DNA of 64,000 bases, taken from the sequence record NZ_CP156668.1. One strand, written 5' to 3'. The stretch comes from a plasmid. The notes below the pieces were generated by a model that saw only the letters and a program-made list of their open reading frames with translations, did no database searches and was not told where the DNA came from. Below, piece after piece: positions 59,990-64,000 of the stretch. The first letter of the stretch is position 1. Each line of letters begins with the position of its first letter. The position numbers were made by a program, and so were the translations under genes.

Positions 59990-60030
59990 TTTACCCCACA
60001 AGAATTTAGTGGGGTGTAAGTGCGCATTGA
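59990..60030. other. Candidate oriT: inverted repeat followed by an RSF1010/R1162-like nick-region sequence GTAAGTGCGC
   Basis: ttaccccacaagaatttagtggggtgtaagtgcgcattg is a 7-bp-arm hairpin ccccaca/tgtgggg-like, followed by TAAGTGCGC. It lies immediately upstream of the MobA/MobL gene. Confidence 0.5.
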
Positions 60031-60178
60031 CCTCGTTTCACTCGGCCTGCTGATTCTCTTGAATTTACTTTTAGTGTATGCCTTCCGCTTCGCTATTTCA
60101 ACTTTTATTCTTTGACTTAAAGTTCCCAGTATGATATATTTTCCCTGATTAGTTTTCAATATGATTGGAGGGATCGTT

Positions 60179-60388
60179 ATGTCTCAAAGTAACTTAGAAA
60201 AACAAGAAGCTAAATTAAAAGATCTTAATCAAAAAATTAAGGACGAAAAAAATAAGATTGAACAACGGCTAGGTAAACAAATCATCAGTCAAGCCAATTT
60301 AGATTATGCTAATCTTTCTAACGATCAGATTAAGCTTTTAGCTAAGCAATTTTCTGAATTTTTAAAGGTAAATTCCGTAGATCATTAA
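60179..60388 (+). CDS. Hypothetical coiled-coil protein divergent from the relaxase (possible relaxosome accessory)
   Basis: Start MSQSNLEKQ, with GGAGGG 6 nt upstream. Confidence 0.4.
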   Translation: MSQSNLEKQEAKLKDLNQKIKDEKNKIEQRLGKQIISQANLDYANLSNDQIKLLAKQFSEFLKVNSVDH

Positions 60389-60410
60389 CCATACGAGATG
60401 GGGAAATTAC

Positions 60411-60689
60411 ATGTCTAATCAATATGAAAAACTAGTCGAGCAGCAAGCACGTTTAAAACAAAAAATTGAGCGGGAAGATTTTAAATTACGGCAATCTAAA
60501 TACTATGAAAATCGGCAAGCCCGCAAAGCCCGTTCTCGCCGATTAATTCAAAAAGGGGCTTTATTAGAAAAGTACTTTCAAGCTAATAACCTCTCGGTCG
60601 AACAAACCGAAGAACTTTTAAAAATATTTGCTAATTATGTTAATGCTCATAAACCGAATAAATTCAAAAACGATCAGCCTAATAACTAG
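60411..60689 (+). CDS. Hypothetical basic coiled-coil protein
   Basis: 92-aa ORF rich in K/R/E. Follows the previous gene by 22 nt. Confidence 0.4.
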   Translation: MSNQYEKLVEQQARLKQKIEREDFKLRQSKYYENRQARKARSRRLIQKGALLEKYFQANNLSVEQTEELLKIFANYVNAHKPNKFKNDQPNN

Positions 60690-60879
60690 GCCGATCGTTT
60701 TTATTTTCTGAATCATTCATGGGATTTCTAATTTTTAAATCTGAATTATTTTTAACAAAGGAATTTAATTGTTTTTGAACAGCTGCTTCAAAGGTGATTT
60801 TGGGGTTTATTCAAGGAAAATATCGCAAATTATTTTTAATTACCTGGTCATGCTCTCTTCTGTAAACTGATACAAATTT

Positions 60880-61369
60880 TTAGCTATTATCGAAGATCAC
60901 GACGTTATCAGCTTTGAATGCAACTGCTGCTAAATTATGATTTGATTGATTATAGCGTTTTTTAACAACTTCATCTGGTACACCGTGCCCACCCTTTTTG
61001 ACCCGCTCATGAACCCAATTAATTGCGACTTTTTTGTTTTTTAACGCCACGTATAAAAGCGTGACCTCAAACCCATTTTGGTGAGCCCGCTCGATTAAAT
61101 TTAATTGTGCCTTTCCTTGACCAGCTAAGGTTGTTTCAACATAAATACTCTGCCCAGTATTTAAAGCCGCGTGGAGTTGTTTTATTTCTTCGCGCATTGC
61201 CCCTAAAGTTATCACGATTTTTATGCCAATCGCCAACCATTTTTTGGAGGATTTCATCGGCATTTAATCGTTTGGCGTGAGTAAATAATTCGGGTCTCGC
61301 GCGATATAAAGTGCTTTTACCAGCGCCGCTTATTCCAGCCACGATTATGTATCTCTTTGGCTCACTCAT
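60880..61369 (-). pseudogene. Zeta-toxin-family P-loop kinase gene split by a frameshift near 61195
   Basis: N-terminal ORF MSEPKRYIIVAGISGAGKSTLYRA...LNADEILQ (Walker A plus an ID-D-R-like segment). It continues in another frame as ...REEIKQLHAALNTGQSIYVETTLAG... Confidence 0.45.
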
Positions 61370-61392
61370 GTTAAATCACAAAATGCTTTTCG

Positions 61393-61563
61393 TTGATAAT
61401 TTGCTCTTGGCGTTTATCTAAGCGTGTAACGCGTCAAACAGCTTGCGTTTATCAGGATCTGGGTTACGGGCTGCTTGTTCCCAAATGCCTTGAATATCGA
61501 CGGTCCAGGGGTCAGCCAGCAATTGCTCTATTTTTTCGACTTCTTTGCTGGATTTGATCATTT
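61393..61563 (-). CDS. 56-aa ORF immediately upstream of the zeta-like gene (possible antitoxin)
   Basis: MIKSSKEVEKIEQLLADPWTVDIQGIWEQAARNPDPDKRKLFDALHA*. RBS AAGGGAG 8 nt upstream. Stop is about 20 nt before the toxin ATG. Confidence 0.3.
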
Positions 61564-61713
61564 AAAAGGCTCCCTTCACTTTCACTTAGTTCAGTCATCA
61601 CCTGTTCAACCACTTAAGGCATTTATTTTTGCTTCTAAGCGATTTTAAAGCAGTTTTAATAAATAATTATGCACTGCAACACTTAAAACAGCTTAAATGA
61701 GCTAATATGACGT

Positions 61714-62013
61714 TTAATTCCAAGAACGCTCATTGTCAGTGTTCTGTTCTTCGGGGTGTTTAACCGCATATTTTCTAACCGCTTTTTTATTCCACCAAAT
61801 CCCAAATAGGTTTTGCATGGTGCCGTATAAGTAGTTTTCCACGTTCTTGATATGCTTCTCATTGCTTCCTAGGGCGTTAAAGTAGCGTCTCAAGGCTTTA
61901 GTCATCAAAGGTTTTAGTTCTTCGCCGTCAAGCGGGATTAGAACCCCAATATCTTGATGATCCTCTTCAACTCGGTATTTAGCATTTAAGATAATGCCAA
62001 TAAAACGATGCAT
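61714..62013 (-). CDS. Hypothetical protein. Its ATG is supplied by the IS256 end remnant
   Basis: 99-aa ORF with no recognisable domain. The start codon is the first 3 nt of the 70-bp IS remnant. Confidence 0.3.
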   Translation of the reverse strand: MHRFIGIILNAKYRVEEDHQDIGVLIPLDGEELKPLMTKALRRYFNALGSNEKHIKNVENYLYGTMQNLFGIWWNKKAVRKYAVKHPEEQNTDNERSWN

Positions 62014-62080
62014 TTATTTAAGTTAGATACATATTATATGTACGAAGGCATTTCATTTACACAAGATTCTTGACGCTACC
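62011..62080 (+). mobile_element. 70-bp solo terminal remnant of an IS256-family element, inverted relative to the copy at 5518
   Basis: The reverse complement of 62011-62080 is 100% identical to 5518-5587. Confidence 0.8.
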
Positions 62081-62133
62081 TATCTAAGAGATAAAAAATC
62101 TAAGGGCAATTGGTAGCACTAAATTAAGAGTTT

Positions 62134-63675
62134 TCACCCCGTACTTATATTGGTTCCAAATCTATCTACTTCATCATCAATTCCTTCAACATCTGAAAAT
62201 ACGCTTTGTTCCTCAATATACTGCCTATTCTGTAACTTCAAAAAAGCCTCAAGGTAATTAACCCAAGCTATTGATTCTGCTTCTCTTTTCCGATATAAAG
62301 CTCTTAATACCATTTCTAAAGTTGCAATTTGTGACGCTTGATTTCCTTTCCCCTTTTTTACAATTAGCTTATTAGATGAAATGGCTTGTTTCATCACCCT
62401 ATTCAAGGTTGATGGAGAAATATCAAGAGCATCACGAATAGCCCTGGTTGACATAATAACTTTGTCTGCTCCAGAGCTAACTTTATTAATTAGTTCAATC
62501 ACATCATTTAGCCATTCTGACACGTGACTATAGACGCGTTCTGTGCGAGGCTTCGCCCACTTGTACCATTGAACGTTACTTTCTTGCACCACAATGCGCT
62601 TCTCATCAGGTGTTGCCCAGGTATCTATTAATTCATCAATATAAAGTTTAGATGCACCTTTATAATTGCCAGAATAAGCGTCACGGACGCAACGCTGCAT
62701 ATCTCGTACGTCTAAAGGATCTTCAAGGTATGAATTAAACTCATCTAATAAATTGAAGGCATCGTTTTGGTTTTTTCCAGAAGAGTAGCACGCTAAGGCC
62801 AGTGTAAGTATAGTATTGTGACGTCCTAGTCCTTGACCTGGTTTAATGTTGTGCTTTGTCAACATAATTCTAAACCAAGCTTGATCGGTTTGTTTTCTAT
62901 ATTGAGAATGCGGACTATTAATTACTTTTAGATTGCTCTTACGCTTTTCCTTACTTTTTTGTGTGATTGACTTACTCCACATTAAAAAACCAGCAAATGA
63001 GTAGGTCAATTCTGGTTCAAAAAAAATAATATTATCTTCCCGCGGGATCCGAAAAATTCCAAAACTATTACATCCTACATCAGTAGCAGGTATTTTTTCC
63101 ATAATCGCACTTTTTATATTTTCAGAAATCTTTCTAGCCGCGCTTAAAACAGGCATACTACCATTTTTATGTTTTGATAAAAATGCTGGGCGATCCAAGA
63201 TATAGTAAATTTGATACCCTTTATCAGTTTTTAAGACAAGTGTGGGTAGAATATGGTCATCTAAGACTATGCTGCTATTAACCAGATTCAGGTTTCGATC
63301 TCTATCTAGAGCATCTTTAAAATCAATATCAACTACAAACGCATTAATTTGGCTTAGATTACGTTCTGAATGCCCTTTAATATGTTTACGTCTGTTATCA
63401 TATCCTAACCAATTAAAAATATTAGGTGTCCAATGCGTTAGTGTCTCAATGTTTTCTATTAATGCTTCTTCAGAAGTTATGACAAAACCCATGTCACGAC
63501 TCATTGATGATTTATTACGAAAAACAGCAATTGATCCAGTCTTATTATCGTTACGTACTTCTTCATTAAGTTGGATTAGTTTACTATTTTTGGGTTTATA
63601 TTTTTTTAAACCATTATGTAAAATCAGACTAATTGCAGACCAAGATTTGTAGCTTAATTTTTCCGTTACGGACAT
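62134..63675 (-). CDS. Plasmid replication initiation protein with a primase C-terminal (PriCT-1) type domain
   Basis: 513 aa. RHNTILTLALACYSSG...DAF is the PriCT_1 signature. An AT-rich putative origin with hairpins lies upstream (63676-64000). Confidence 0.65.
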   Translation of the reverse strand: MSVTEKLSYKSWSAISLILHNGLKKYKPKNSKLIQLNEEVRNDNKTGSIAVFRNKSSMSRDMGFVITSEEALIENIETLTHWTPNIFNWLGYDNRRKHIKGHSERNLSQINAFVVDIDFKDALDRDRNLNLVNSSIVLDDHILPTLVLKTDKGYQIYYILDRPAFLSKHKNGSMPVLSAARKISENIKSAIMEKIPATDVGCNSFGIFRIPREDNIIFFEPELTYSFAGFLMWSKSITQKSKEKRKSNLKVINSPHSQYRKQTDQAWFRIMLTKHNIKPGQGLGRHNTILTLALACYSSGKNQNDAFNLLDEFNSYLEDPLDVRDMQRCVRDAYSGNYKGASKLYIDELIDTWATPDEKRIVVQESNVQWYKWAKPRTERVYSHVSEWLNDVIELINKVSSGADKVIMSTRAIRDALDISPSTLNRVMKQAISSNKLIVKKGKGNQASQIATLEMVLRALYRKREAESIAWVNYLEAFLKLQNRQYIEEQSVFSDVEGIDDEVDRFGTNISTG

Positions 63676-64000
63676 AATATTTGCACTCCTTTCAGAACGA
63701 TATTAACCAAAGGTAGATTTGTTTTGAAACAAATAGTAGTTAATGCCGTTGATTAACTCGAAAGAAAAAGTGAACCAGCATATCACTGATCCACTTAGAG
63801 TTAACAGAATCAAGATGCGCCGTTCAAAGCCATATTAATCCGCAAATCATGTCATTATCTATGTTCTATAGCAGTATTGAATTTTAGAGAAAAATAGCAT
63901 ACAATATCCTATGAATAAGTTTTATGAACATTTATTTTCTTTATATTTTTTTGCGGGTCGCTGTGAATGCCAGTTCACAGTGGCTTTTTTTATTTTCTTT

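Noticed and set aside
59968-60159. 63-aa minus-strand ORF
   Set aside because: Overlaps the putative oriT/nick region. Basic low-complexity product and no RBS.

Overview
The window looks like a mosaic segment of a large conjugative plasmid from a Lactobacillaceae host. That reading rests on GC of roughly 40-45%, KxYKxGKxW-type signal peptides, Hol-Tox peptides and a fos operon. Almost all genes are on the minus strand.

Left to right it contains:
- The 5' part of brnQ.
- A decayed accessory stretch with remnants of IS3-family and IS256-family elements, plus an SDR epimerase fragment, a disulfide oxidoreductase, MarR and a CPBP protease.
- A maltose operon: GPH symporter, maltose phosphorylase, mutarotase and beta-phosphoglucomutase.
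- A gene graveyard holding IS3, DeoR and UmuC fragments.
- A complete fosRABCDXE-like fructan utilisation locus: mannose-class PTS IIA-IID, a small membrane protein, an LPXTG/MucBP-anchored GH32 beta-fructosidase, and a divergent LevR-like activator.
- A serine recombinase, a MarR regulator and Kup.
- A complete kdpFABC-kdpDE potassium-uptake locus.
- An AT-rich island of about 2.7 kb. It carries a class III nucleotidyl-cyclase gene coupled to a small multi-TM protein, and a Hol-Tox peptide gene. The cyclase/TM pair is a candidate cyclic-nucleotide (Pycsar-like) defence module.
- A frameshifted umuC-like Y-family polymerase with a YolD-like gene, and a D-2-hydroxyacid dehydrogenase.
- A Gram-positive type IV conjugation module of about 17 kb: ArdC-like protein, topoisomerase III, VirB6-like protein, a two-gene coupling protein, a thioredoxin-like protein, a CHAP/lysozyme hydrolase, VirB4, small membrane proteins, a MobA/MobL relaxase and an RSF1010-like oriT.
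- A frameshifted zeta-toxin-like gene, a 70-bp IS256 end remnant, and a PriCT-type plasmid replication initiator.

No rRNA, tRNA or CRISPR arrays were seen.
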